From an uncultured Clostridia bacterium (lineage in GTDB: Bacteria; Bacillota; Clostridia; Oscillospirales; CAG-272), in assembly GCA_947630625.1 (NCBI GenBank), contig CANRIL010000011.1, positions 2,065 to 66,064 of the forward strand: DNA of 64,000 bases, read 5' to 3'. Below the pieces are notes generated by a model. The model searched no databases and was not told the origin of the DNA. It saw only the letters and a list, made by a program, of their open reading frames with translations. The translations under genes were made by a program, and so were the position numbers. Position 1 is the stretch's first letter, and the number at the start of each line of letters is the position of its first letter. This document shows positions 46,516 through 54,300 of the stretch, one piece after another.

Positions 46516-47584
46516 CATTTTATCGGGAAAAGAACTTCTTCGTGCGCTCTCGCTCACGTTCGGACCGACCGGGTGCGAGGACAACGTCGCCGACCTCATC
46601 CGTTCGCAAATTAAGGACTGCGCCGACGAGATCCGGCGCGACAAAATGGGCAACCTCGTCGCCGTCGTATACGGCAGCTGCCACGGGACGGACGCCGAAC
46701 GCCGCGTCATGTTCTCGGCGCACATGGACGAGGTCGGATTCATGATAAAGAACGTCAACGCCGACGGCACGCTTTCGTTTATGACTCTCGGCGGCATCGT
46801 CGGCTACGCGCTTCCGTCCCGCCGCGTCACCGTCGGCGATGAAAACAACAGGCTCCCCGGCGTTATCGGCACAAAGGCCATCCACCAGCTGAAAGCGGAC
46901 GAGCGCGAAGCCATGCCGAAGGTGAAGGAACTCTATATCGACATCGGGGCGAAGGACAAGGAAGAGGCCGAACACTACGTAAAGCGCGGCGATTTCGCGA
47001 CGTTCGACTCTGAATTTGTCACGTTCGGCAGCGGGAACAAATATATAAAGGGCAAGGCGCTCGATGACAGGTTCGGCTGCGCCGTCCTCATCGAGCTGTG
47101 CCGCGCGCTTCATGAACGCGCCGAAAAGCTCCCGCACGACGTATATCTTGCGTTCACCGTCCGCGAGGAAGTCGGCAAATCGGGAGCCGAAACTACGGCA
47201 TACGCCGTCGACCCGCAGATGGCGTTCGTCCTTGAGGCGACGGCTGTCGCCGACAGGTCGGGGGCGCCGCATGAAAAGCAGGTCGCGACACTCGGCGAGG
47301 GACCCGCGATCTCATTCATGGACCGCTCGACGATATATCTGCGCGAGGTCTACGATTTCGTGCTCGAAACTGCCGCCGCGCGCGGCATCAAGGCGCAGCC
47401 GAAGCGCTTCGTCTCCGGCGGAAACGACGCGGGACATATCCACAAAACGCGCGCCGGGATCAAAACGGCGGCGATATCAGCACCCGCAAGATATATTCAT
47501 ACCGCGTCCTGTGTCATTCACGAGGACGACTACAATGCGGCGCTCGCGCTCGTCTGTGCGCTTGCCGAATCCGTAAAGCTGTGA
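46508..47584 (+). CDS. M42-family metallopeptidase, paralogue 2
   Basis: [25 protein letters not shown] and RYIHTASC. The GTG start overlaps the paralogue 1 stop by 8 nt. Confidence 0.85.
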   Translation: MSNILSGKELLRALSLTFGPTGCEDNVADLIRSQIKDCADEIRRDKMGNLVAVVYGSCHGTDAERRVMFSAHMDEVGFMIKNVNADGTLSFMTLGGIVGYALPSRRVTVGDENNRLPGVIGTKAIHQLKADEREAMPKVKELYIDIGAKDKEEAEHYVKRGDFATFDSEFVTFGSGNKYIKGKALDDRFGCAVLIELCRALHERAEKLPHDVYLAFTVREEVGKSGAETTAYAVDPQMAFVLEATAVADRSGAPHEKQVATLGEGPAISFMDRSTIYLREVYDFVLETAAARGIKAQPKRFVSGGNDAGHIHKTRAGIKTAAISAPARYIHTASCVIHEDDYNAALALVCALAESVKL

Positions 47585-47603
47585 CTGGAGGTAAAAAACG
47601 ATT

Positions 47604-48587
47604 ATGTATACACTTCTCAGAGATCTCATTAAGCCTCTCGGCGTCTCCGGCAGGGAAGCTCCGGTGCGCGCCGCGATCGAAACTATGATAGCCCCGTTTG
47701 TCGACGAGGTCTACACTGACGCGCTCGGCAATCTCATCGCGCACAAACGCGGGGGAGAGGGCGCGAAGAAGCTGATGTTCGCCGCGCACATGGATGAAAT
47801 CGGATTTTTCGTCACCGACGTTGACGACGCGGGCAGAGTCTTCTTCTCACCCGCGGGCGGCATCAGGTTTGAGGCTGCCGCATACAGCGAGGTCATATTT
47901 GAAAACGGCACGCGCGGGCTGCTCGTCGCGAACGACGACGCAAAAACGCCCGCCGCCGATAACTGCTACGTCGATATAGGCGTCTCTTCCCGCCGCGAGG
48001 CGGAGCGCCGCGTAAAGACGGGCGACACGTTTGCCGTCGTATCGTCGATCCGCCGCATAGGCGCGCACACCGTCGCCGGCAGACCTATAGACGACCGGGT
48101 CGGCTGCGCCGTCCTGATCGAAACGGCGAAGCGCGTAAAGTCGTCAAAGTACGATTTATACTACACGTTCACCGTACAGGAGGAGGTCGGCTGCCGCGGC
48201 TCGAAGACGGCGGCGTATGCCATAATGCCCGATATCGCCGTTGCCGTCGATATCACCAAAACGGGCGACACGCCGGGCGCCGACAGGATGGCGGTCAAGC
48301 TCGGCGGCGGCGCCGCGATAAAGGTGAAGGACACCTCCGCGATCTGCGACCCGGCGCTCGTCGGCGAGATGGCGGAGCTCTGCCGCAAAAACGGGATAAA
48401 GCATCAGCTCGAGATACTGACGCGCGGAGGCACAGACGCCTCCTCCATGCAGTCGGCGGGAGCCGGCAGCCGCGCGGGCTGCATCTCGATACCGACGAGA
48501 TACGCGCACACCCCGCTTGAAATGATCGACATGCGCGACGTTGAGGCATGCGTCGCCCTTGCCGTCGCTGTTGCCGCGGGAGAGTAA
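47604..48587 (+). CDS. M42-family metallopeptidase, paralogue 3
   Basis: FAAHMDEIGF, PIDDRVGC, TVQEEVGCRG, VAVDIT and RYAHTPLE. The last codons lie inside the first unit of the downstream tandem repeat. Confidence 0.85.
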   Translation: MYTLLRDLIKPLGVSGREAPVRAAIETMIAPFVDEVYTDALGNLIAHKRGGEGAKKLMFAAHMDEIGFFVTDVDDAGRVFFSPAGGIRFEAAAYSEVIFENGTRGLLVANDDAKTPAADNCYVDIGVSSRREAERRVKTGDTFAVVSSIRRIGAHTVAGRPIDDRVGCAVLIETAKRVKSSKYDLYYTFTVQEEVGCRGSKTAAYAIMPDIAVAVDITKTGDTPGADRMAVKLGGGAAIKVKDTSAICDPALVGEMAELCRKNGIKHQLEILTRGGTDASSMQSAGAGSRAGCISIPTRYAHTPLEMIDMRDVEACVALAVAVAAGE

Positions 48588-48780
48588 TGCTTATCGGGCA
48601 CATTGCCCGCAAATTCACACTTTGCCGCGATCGCTGAAAGTGAGTGACACTTATCGGGCATATTGCCCGCAATTTCGCTCTTTGCCGCGACGCCGCGGGT
48701 GAGTGACGCTCATCAGACAAATTGCCCGCAATTGCACGCTTTGCCGCGATCGCCGCGGGTGAGCGACGCTTATCAGAGAT
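48571..48780. repeat. Tandem array of about 3.4 units of a 59-60 bp palindrome-containing repeat
   Basis: Units start near 48580, 48640, 48699 and 48759 (GTGAGTGAC.CTTATCGGGCA.ATTGCCCGCAA.T.....CTTTGCCGCGA..GCCGCGG). Each unit has the short hairpins CGGGCA/TGCCCG and CCGCG/CGCGG. Confidence 0.8.
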
Positions 48781-48784
48781 AATA

Positions 48785-48833
48785 AAAATTCCGCCTGTGC
48801 TGATTTTTTCAGCACAGGCGGTCTTTTTCAAAG
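48785..48833. repeat. Copy 1 of a 49-bp perfect direct repeat containing a bidirectional terminator hairpin
   Basis: aaaattccgcctgtgctgattttttcagcacaggcggtctttttcaaag. The 13-bp stem ccgcctgtgctga/tcagcacaggcgg is followed by a T-tail. Confidence 0.9.
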
Positions 48834-48835
48834 CG

Positions 48836-49348
48836 TCAAGCGCGGACGGTGAAAAATTTGAGAAGTTCTCTGCCGGACTCCGGCATTCCACGTTTCATCC
48901 ATTCGATCATCCAGCCAAATATCCCATATGCCCAAAACGATTTCATGTATGCTTCGATATTTGTCATTTCAGGAGTTATTTTTATAGTATTAATAATTGT
49001 TTCCTGCATGATCGAGGCCATTCCTGCCTGATAAAGAATGGTATAAAACTCTTTATGATCCCTGTAAAAATCAAATAAAGAGGGAAAAAGCGTTTCCGGT
49101 GAAGACTCCGGATTCGCTTCGTAAAGCTTCCCCCACTCTTTAATGAGCCGATCGGATTCTTCCCGCAGAATATCCTCTTTTGTTTGGAAATTACGGTAAA
49201 ATGAAACTCTCCCGATCTGCGCTTTTTGCGTTAGTTCGGTTATTGAAATATCAGCAATAGACTTTTCTTTCAATAGTTCCAACAGGGCGTTTGTGATTTG
49301 GCGCTTTACATATGTGTTCTTTTGCTCGTTGTTCATGAGCCGATACAA
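48836..49348 (-). CDS. TetR/AcrR-family transcriptional regulator
   Basis: The N-terminal HTH is ISITELTQKAQIGRVSFYRNFQTKEDIL. It is divergent from the hydrolase genes. Confidence 0.85.
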   Translation of the reverse strand: MYRLMNNEQKNTYVKRQITNALLELLKEKSIADISITELTQKAQIGRVSFYRNFQTKEDILREESDRLIKEWGKLYEANPESSPETLFPSLFDFYRDHKEFYTILYQAGMASIMQETIINTIKITPEMTNIEAYMKSFWAYGIFGWMIEWMKRGMPESGRELLKFFTVRA

Positions 49349-49440
49349 AACTCCTTAAACTGTATCATTTTAGGCGAAACACTTGTTACATCGACGATTA
49401 TATGATACACTTACATCAACGCATTGTCAAGGAGGGGCGT

Positions 49441-50394
49441 ATGAAAAAAATGATCAAAATACTTGGTATTGTCCTATTAGTTGTTATTGCCGTGGCGGCA
49501 GTTCTTCTATTCAAAGGGCTGAATGACTCGAAAAAATCCTCAGTAAAGCCTGACTATTACAAGGATTTTATTTCCTCCGCTCCGTTGGAGCAGAAATATT
49601 CTCAGCTTGGCCAGTACGAAGTATCTAACAAAGATTTTCCGTCAGAAAACAAGTCGATCCAAAAATTCCGTTTTTGGTATCCTGTCGAACTTGAAACAGC
49701 GGATAAGCAATACCCGGTTATTATCGCTGTCAATGCCAGCGGGACGCCGGCTTATAAATATGAGGCGTGGTTTGAGCGCCTCGCCTCGTGGGGTTTTGTA
49801 GTCGTCGGAAATGAAGATCCCCAGACAGGCACAGGAGAGACAACTTCGATCACACTTGACTATGTGATTCATCTGTCGGAGGATCATATACTCTACGAAA
49901 AGCTTGACGTTGAAAATATCGGCATTGCAGGTTTCTCACAGGGAGGGGCCGGCGCTTTGGCCGCCGTGACTGAATACGAGAATGGAGCCGTTTACAAAGC
50001 AATGTTTACAGGAAGCGCTGCATACCCAATACTCGCGGGGAATATGGGTTGGCATTACGAAGTGTCGAAAGTACATATTCCATATTTTATGGCAGCGGGA
50101 ACGGGGAAATCCGATGATAATGGCGCAAATGACCCCAGCAAGGAATATGCAGGTGTTGCACCGCTGTCTTCTTTAATTGAAAACTATAATTTGATTTCTG
50201 ACGAACATTTCAAAGTCCGCGGAAGGGCTGCGGGAGCGGAACATGAAGATATGCTTGCCCGCAGCGACGGATATATGACCGCATGGATGCTATATCAGCT
50301 GACGGGCGACGAAGAGGCGGCCAAAGTATTCGTAGGAGACGACGCTGAAATTCTTAACAATTCAAATTGGACGGATGTGGAGAAGAATCAATGA
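49441..50394 (+). CDS. Membrane-anchored or secreted alpha/beta hydrolase (dienelactone hydrolase / cutinase-PETase-like fold)
   Basis: AGGAGGGG RBS. N-terminal hydrophobic anchor KILGIVLLVVIAVAAVLLF. Nucleophile elbow GIAGFSQGGAGA. Confidence 0.65.
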   Translation: MKKMIKILGIVLLVVIAVAAVLLFKGLNDSKKSSVKPDYYKDFISSAPLEQKYSQLGQYEVSNKDFPSENKSIQKFRFWYPVELETADKQYPVIIAVNASGTPAYKYEAWFERLASWGFVVVGNEDPQTGTGETTSITLDYVIHLSEDHILYEKLDVENIGIAGFSQGGAGALAAVTEYENGAVYKAMFTGSAAYPILAGNMGWHYEVSKVHIPYFMAAGTGKSDDNGANDPSKEYAGVAPLSSLIENYNLISDEHFKVRGRAAGAEHEDMLARSDGYMTAWMLYQLTGDEEAAKVFVGDDAEILNNSNWTDVEKNQ

Positions 50395-51446
50395 ATATAG
50401 TGAAGGAAAATAAGAAACACAGGCTTTTGAAGGGCTTACTGATCGCGCTTATCGTGATCGTTGCCCTTGCGATCGGAATATTTTTTCTGCTTATGACGCA
50501 TACGCAGATCATTGTAGGGGCAATTCAAAATGCGTCACAAGGAATTGTCAATACGAAAAATTTATATGAACCTTTGCATGAGCCTGTGCAGACAACAAAG
50601 GACAACGGACAGTTTATTATAACCGAGATTCGTTACTCGGATGATTATCCAAACAGCTTTTTGGACATAACTTATCCCGATGAGAATGTTGATGTGCGGC
50701 GACCGACTATGATTTATTTTCACGGAGGGGGCTTTTTCGGCGGCAGTAAGTGTGACGGCGATCCCTTGGCTGAGACGGATGCAACCGCGCTGCTCGACGA
50801 TATTTGTAGAGAAGGGTTCAACCTTGTGAATATCGACTATGCGTTAGTACCCGAATACCACTTTCCGACTCCGGTTATACAGGCTAATGAAGCTTTCCTG
50901 TTTCTAATGGATCATGCGGAAGAATACCATCTTGATATGGAGCAGATCGTTATCATGGGTTCTTCCGCGGGGGCGATCATCACAAGCCAGATCGGGAGCG
51001 TGATAACGAATCCCGAATATGCGGCGACGCTTGGCATAGACCCGGCTTTGAAACCTGAACAGGTGAAAGCGTTAGTCATTGACGACGCGCCGTTAGCTTA
51101 TGATAAGTTTTCAATTGGGACAAAAGTTTTGGTCGGGAATTATGTAAAAGGTTCTATTTTCCTGAGTAAGGAAGAAATCAGGAAATACAACAATACGATG
51201 TGGGTCACGAAAGATTATATTCCCTCGGTTCTTTTGGGAAGCGAATATTATGTTGATATGCGCGAAATGGACATAGCGCTTGAAGGTGTCGGCGTAGAAC
51301 ACGAACTCGTAGATCCTTTGGCTGAGTTGAATATAGAGATGCCGCATTGTTTTGTGGCAAGTGAAAGAGCAGATGAAATTGCAAAGGAGGCATATGATAG
51401 GATGATATCGTTCATAAAGCAAAAGGTAGGTGACTCAGATTCCTAA
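50391..51446 (+). CDS. Alpha/beta hydrolase, hormone-sensitive-lipase-like esterase family
   Basis: Oxyanion motif YFHGGGFFGGS and nucleophile elbow IMGSSAGA, with an N-terminal TM span. The ATGA start overlaps the upstream stop. Confidence 0.75.
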   Translation: MNIVKENKKHRLLKGLLIALIVIVALAIGIFFLLMTHTQIIVGAIQNASQGIVNTKNLYEPLHEPVQTTKDNGQFIITEIRYSDDYPNSFLDITYPDENVDVRRPTMIYFHGGGFFGGSKCDGDPLAETDATALLDDICREGFNLVNIDYALVPEYHFPTPVIQANEAFLFLMDHAEEYHLDMEQIVIMGSSAGAIITSQIGSVITNPEYAATLGIDPALKPEQVKALVIDDAPLAYDKFSIGTKVLVGNYVKGSIFLSKEEIRKYNNTMWVTKDYIPSVLLGSEYYVDMREMDIALEGVGVEHELVDPLAELNIEMPHCFVASERADEIAKEAYDRMISFIKQKVGDSDS

Positions 51447-51449
51447 AAT

Positions 51450-51498
51450 AAAATTCCGCCTGTGCTGATTTTTTCAGCACAGGCGGTCTTTTTCAAAG
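51450..51498. repeat. Copy 2 of the 49-bp perfect direct repeat and terminator hairpin
   Basis: Identical to 48785-48833. Partial similarity continues for about 12 nt beyond (tatcacgcgcga versus cgtcaagcgcgg). Confidence 0.9.
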
Positions 51499-51526
51499 TA
51501 TCACGCGCGATGCGCGTTCAGGGCTT

Positions 51527-51985
51527 TTATTCGATGTCGATCCGCTTCGACTCCGGCAGCTCGACATGTTTTTTCGGCATCTTCAGTCTGAGAACGCCGT
51601 TTTCGTATTTGGCGCTGATCTTTCCGGCATCGACGGAAGATATGTCAAACTGGCGGCTGTACTGACCGTACGAGCGCTCCAGACGTACATATTTGCCCTT
51701 CTTGTCGCTGTCCTCATGCTCGGAATGGCGCTCCGCGTTTATCGTCAGAATGTCGCCGGATATCTCGAGGTGGATATCCTTCTTGTCAAATCCCGGCAGG
51801 TCGGCTTCGAGCAGGTAGCTGTCGCCCTGATCGGAAATATCCGTCTTGAATTCCGCGATGTCTCCGCTCTCAAAGAATCCCGTGAACGGTTCCTCAAAGA
51901 AACGCCTTTCGAAATCCTCCATCTCCTTGAACGGATTATATGAGAGCCTGCTGTTCTTTCTGTGGTACGGTCTGAGTTCAAACAT
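51527..51985 (-). CDS. Hsp20/alpha-crystallin small heat-shock protein
   Basis: The alpha-crystallin core runs from DISDQGDSYLLEADLPGFDKKDIHLEISGDILTINAER to SAKYENGVLRLKMPK. GGAGG RBS. Confidence 0.9.
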   Translation of the reverse strand: MFELRPYHRKNSRLSYNPFKEMEDFERRFFEEPFTGFFESGDIAEFKTDISDQGDSYLLEADLPGFDKKDIHLEISGDILTINAERHSEHEDSDKKGKYVRLERSYGQYSRQFDISSVDAGKISAKYENGVLRLKMPKKHVELPESKRIDIE

Positions 51986-52172
51986 AATAAAACCTCCGAA
52001 AATTATTTATCATGTCTGCCCTTTTCGTTTTAACACCCGATGGGGTAGGCGGGGAATCGGTTGATGATAACCTTTCATTTGTTCATCGGACTCGCCTCTT
52101 TTTCTTTACGCCTATATTGTAGACCGCTCATTTGAAAAATATGTGAACGGCTCATGAAATTGCATTGAAATT

Positions 52173-52198
52173 TTAGCACTCCGCGCGGGGAGTGCTAA
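52173..52198. promoter_or_regulatory. CIRCE-like inverted repeat (HrcA operator type) with an 8-nt spacer
   Basis: TTAGCACTC-cgcgcggg-GAGTGCTAA. Both 9-nt arms match the CIRCE consensus exactly, but the spacer is 8 nt instead of the canonical 9. Confidence 0.7.
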
Positions 52199-52267
52199 TT
52201 AATTTGATTTTGATGTCCGCAGACCGAAAAAACTTAAAATGTGCTATATTTTTAATGCGCATGCTGA

Positions 52268-52296
52268 TTGACACACGTATGGATTGATGATATAAT
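52268..52296 (+). promoter_or_regulatory. Perfect consensus sigmaA promoter of the TerB/ATPase/helicase operon
   Basis: TTGACA (52268-52273), exactly 17 nt, then TATAAT (52291-52296). AAAGGAGG RBS precedes ATG 52343. Confidence 0.75.
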
Positions 52297-52342
52297 CAAA
52301 AGATACCAAAACTTATGTTTGCGCACGAAAGGAGGCGGAAAA

Positions 52343-54277
52343 ATGTCCGAAAGACGCGATAATCCGGATGATTTTTGGGACCTCTCCGCGCTGCTGCCGA
52401 AAAAACGTCCGCCCGTCATGCGCGAACGCAAGCCGGACGTTGACACCGTGACGGTCGACATTGAAGCCGCAAAGCAGGGCGACACGCTTAGTTCGCTCTC
52501 CGTCCGCTTCCACGAGGTCGACAGACCGAACGTTGACCTGACGATACACATGAAACCGGGCGCGCCGCGCCCGACGCCAAATCAAAGACAGACACCGAAT
52601 CAAAGACAGGCACCAAATTCAAGACCGACACCGACGCCAAGACAGAAGCCGACTACGGAATCGACCGAGGTCGATATTGCGCCTGAAACGATAAAGATAA
52701 ATTTAGATTCACCTGCCCGCAAAGACGCCGACGCGACGCTTCTGCCGCCGCGCCGGACATACGGGACGACTTCGCGCACCGCCGAGCTCATAGACGAATA
52801 CGAACCGGAGGGCGGGCTTTTGCGCCGCGTCCGCGTTATGCGCTGGCCGTCGAAGTACAGCTTTTACGAGCAGTTCCGCTTTGACGCCATGAGATACGCC
52901 GACATCGCCGGCTCCGAATGCGAACCCGTCAATTTCTTCTCCTATACCCCGCAGTACAGGCAGATGACGAAAGCGCAGCTTTCGTATTATTTCTGGTGGC
53001 GGCAGAACGTCGTCCGCGGGGAATATCTCCCGACGTCGTTTTCCTACATCCTTCTTTATATATATGAGATCATCAACCTCCACGAGAAGATAGCGCCCCC
53101 GGAGGGGCTGCGGCGGCTGCTCGGCGTCTGGCTCGCTTACCGCGGCGCGAACCGCGTGCTCGACAAATATCTCTCCGAATGGGTCGCCGACTATTGTCTC
53201 ATTCACCGTCTGCCCGCGCCGCGCGAGCAGCTTGCGCCCATCATGCCCGCCGTCATGGAATCCGCCTCTTTCCGCGAATTTTATATGTCCGGCTCCGGCG
53301 ACGGCATCACGACCGAGACAATGATCGCACTTTCCTCGGAATACGACTGGCACAAGAGCAAATTCGCCGTCGAAAGCAGCGAGGTTTCGGAGCAGTTCCG
53401 CCGCCACATCACCGGGGCTGTCGGATACGTCGCCGAAAAAAGCGGCGATATAAGGTTTTCATCCGGCGGCATGACATCCGCCGTCGTGTCGCGGGACGCG
53501 TTCTGCGGTTCGCTCTGCGCCCACAACGTCAAGTGCAGGATCGACATCGAATACCTTTCATACACGCGTTCGCGCGAGCTGCGCGCGGTTCTGACCGATC
53601 TTGTCAAATATTGCGAGAACAAAACGCGCGCGGCGCTCGGAATCCGTTCGCGCCTTCGCGTCGCCTCGCTTGAACCGTCCCTTCAGGCGCTCGCGGACGA
53701 ATACTTTGACCGCGAATTCCCGCAGCTAAAAAAGCGTCCGAAGGTTGAGGACGTGACGCCGGATTACGGCGGCGCCTACGACGCGCTCTCGCACGGCTTT
53801 GACGCACAGGGAGCCGCCGAGATAGAGCGCGCTTCATGGGCGTCAACAGACCTGCTCGCCCCGGAGGTGTCAGGCGACTCAAATCCCGATGTATCATTGC
53901 CGCCGACAACATCCACGCCGCGGGCAGAGGTCACAACGCCGCAAGCGGAGATCGCGCCGCCGCAGACAGAGACTGCGCCGCAGGCAAAGGTCGCGCCGCC
54001 GCAGACGGAGGCTCCGCCCGTCGGGACAAACGAGGTCGGCGAGCCTGACGACAGCATATTTGACCGCCTTGACGTGGACGCGGCGGAATTTCTCCGCCTG
54101 ACGCTTGACGGCGGGGACGGGGTGCGCGAATTTTGCCGCTCCCGGTCGCTATATGAGGACGAGCTCGCGGCGCGCATAAACGAGGCCGCCGCGCCGATCA
54201 TAGGCGACATAATCCTTGAGGCGGACGATAACGGCGTTTACCGCATAATCGAGGACTACCGCGACGAAATAACCTGA
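52343..54277 (+). CDS. TerB-N / TerB-C domain protein (SngA-like)
   Basis: The TerB-N-like core is YSFYEQFRFDAMRYA...VNFFSYTPQYRQMTKAQLSYYFWWRQNVVRGEYLPTSFSYILLYIYEIINL. The TerB-C-like tail is LYEDELAARINEAAAPIIGDIILEADDNGVYRIIEDYRDEI. The domains are separated by P/T/Q-rich low-complexity linkers. Confidence 0.8.
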   Translation: MSERRDNPDDFWDLSALLPKKRPPVMRERKPDVDTVTVDIEAAKQGDTLSSLSVRFHEVDRPNVDLTIHMKPGAPRPTPNQRQTPNQRQAPNSRPTPTPRQKPTTESTEVDIAPETIKINLDSPARKDADATLLPPRRTYGTTSRTAELIDEYEPEGGLLRRVRVMRWPSKYSFYEQFRFDAMRYADIAGSECEPVNFFSYTPQYRQMTKAQLSYYFWWRQNVVRGEYLPTSFSYILLYIYEIINLHEKIAPPEGLRRLLGVWLAYRGANRVLDKYLSEWVADYCLIHRLPAPREQLAPIMPAVMESASFREFYMSGSGDGITTETMIALSSEYDWHKSKFAVESSEVSEQFRRHITGAVGYVAEKSGDIRFSSGGMTSAVVSRDAFCGSLCAHNVKCRIDIEYLSYTRSRELRAVLTDLVKYCENKTRAALGIRSRLRVASLEPSLQALADEYFDREFPQLKKRPKVEDVTPDYGGAYDALSHGFDAQGAAEIERASWASTDLLAPEVSGDSNPDVSLPPTTSTPRAEVTTPQAEIAPPQTETAPQAKVAPPQTEAPPVGTNEVGEPDDSIFDRLDVDAAEFLRLTLDGGDGVREFCRSRSLYEDELAARINEAAAPIIGDIILEADDNGVYRIIEDYRDEIT

Positions 54278-54300
54278 AAACGGAGGACAGAACAAAGCAT

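Larger units (their letters stand above)
48834..51449. other. AT-rich three-gene cassette (TetR plus two alpha/beta hydrolases) bounded by the 49-bp direct repeats
   Basis: The sequence is visibly AT-rich relative to its flanks. The gene stops (48836 and 51446) sit within 3 nt of the repeat copies. Confidence 0.7.

Noticed and set aside
48571-48780. Possible CRISPR array
   Set aside because: The units are directly adjacent (period 59-60) with no unique spacers between them. The copies are diverged rather than identical, and no cas genes are present in the window. This is a tandem repeat, not a CRISPR array.
33640-51449. Integrase, transposase or conjugation genes, or tRNA attachment sites, associated with the two AT-rich islands
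   Set aside because: No ORF in or next to either island resembles a recombinase or transposase, and I recognised no tRNA gene anywhere in the window. The islands are reported as compositional islands only, not as defined mobile elements.
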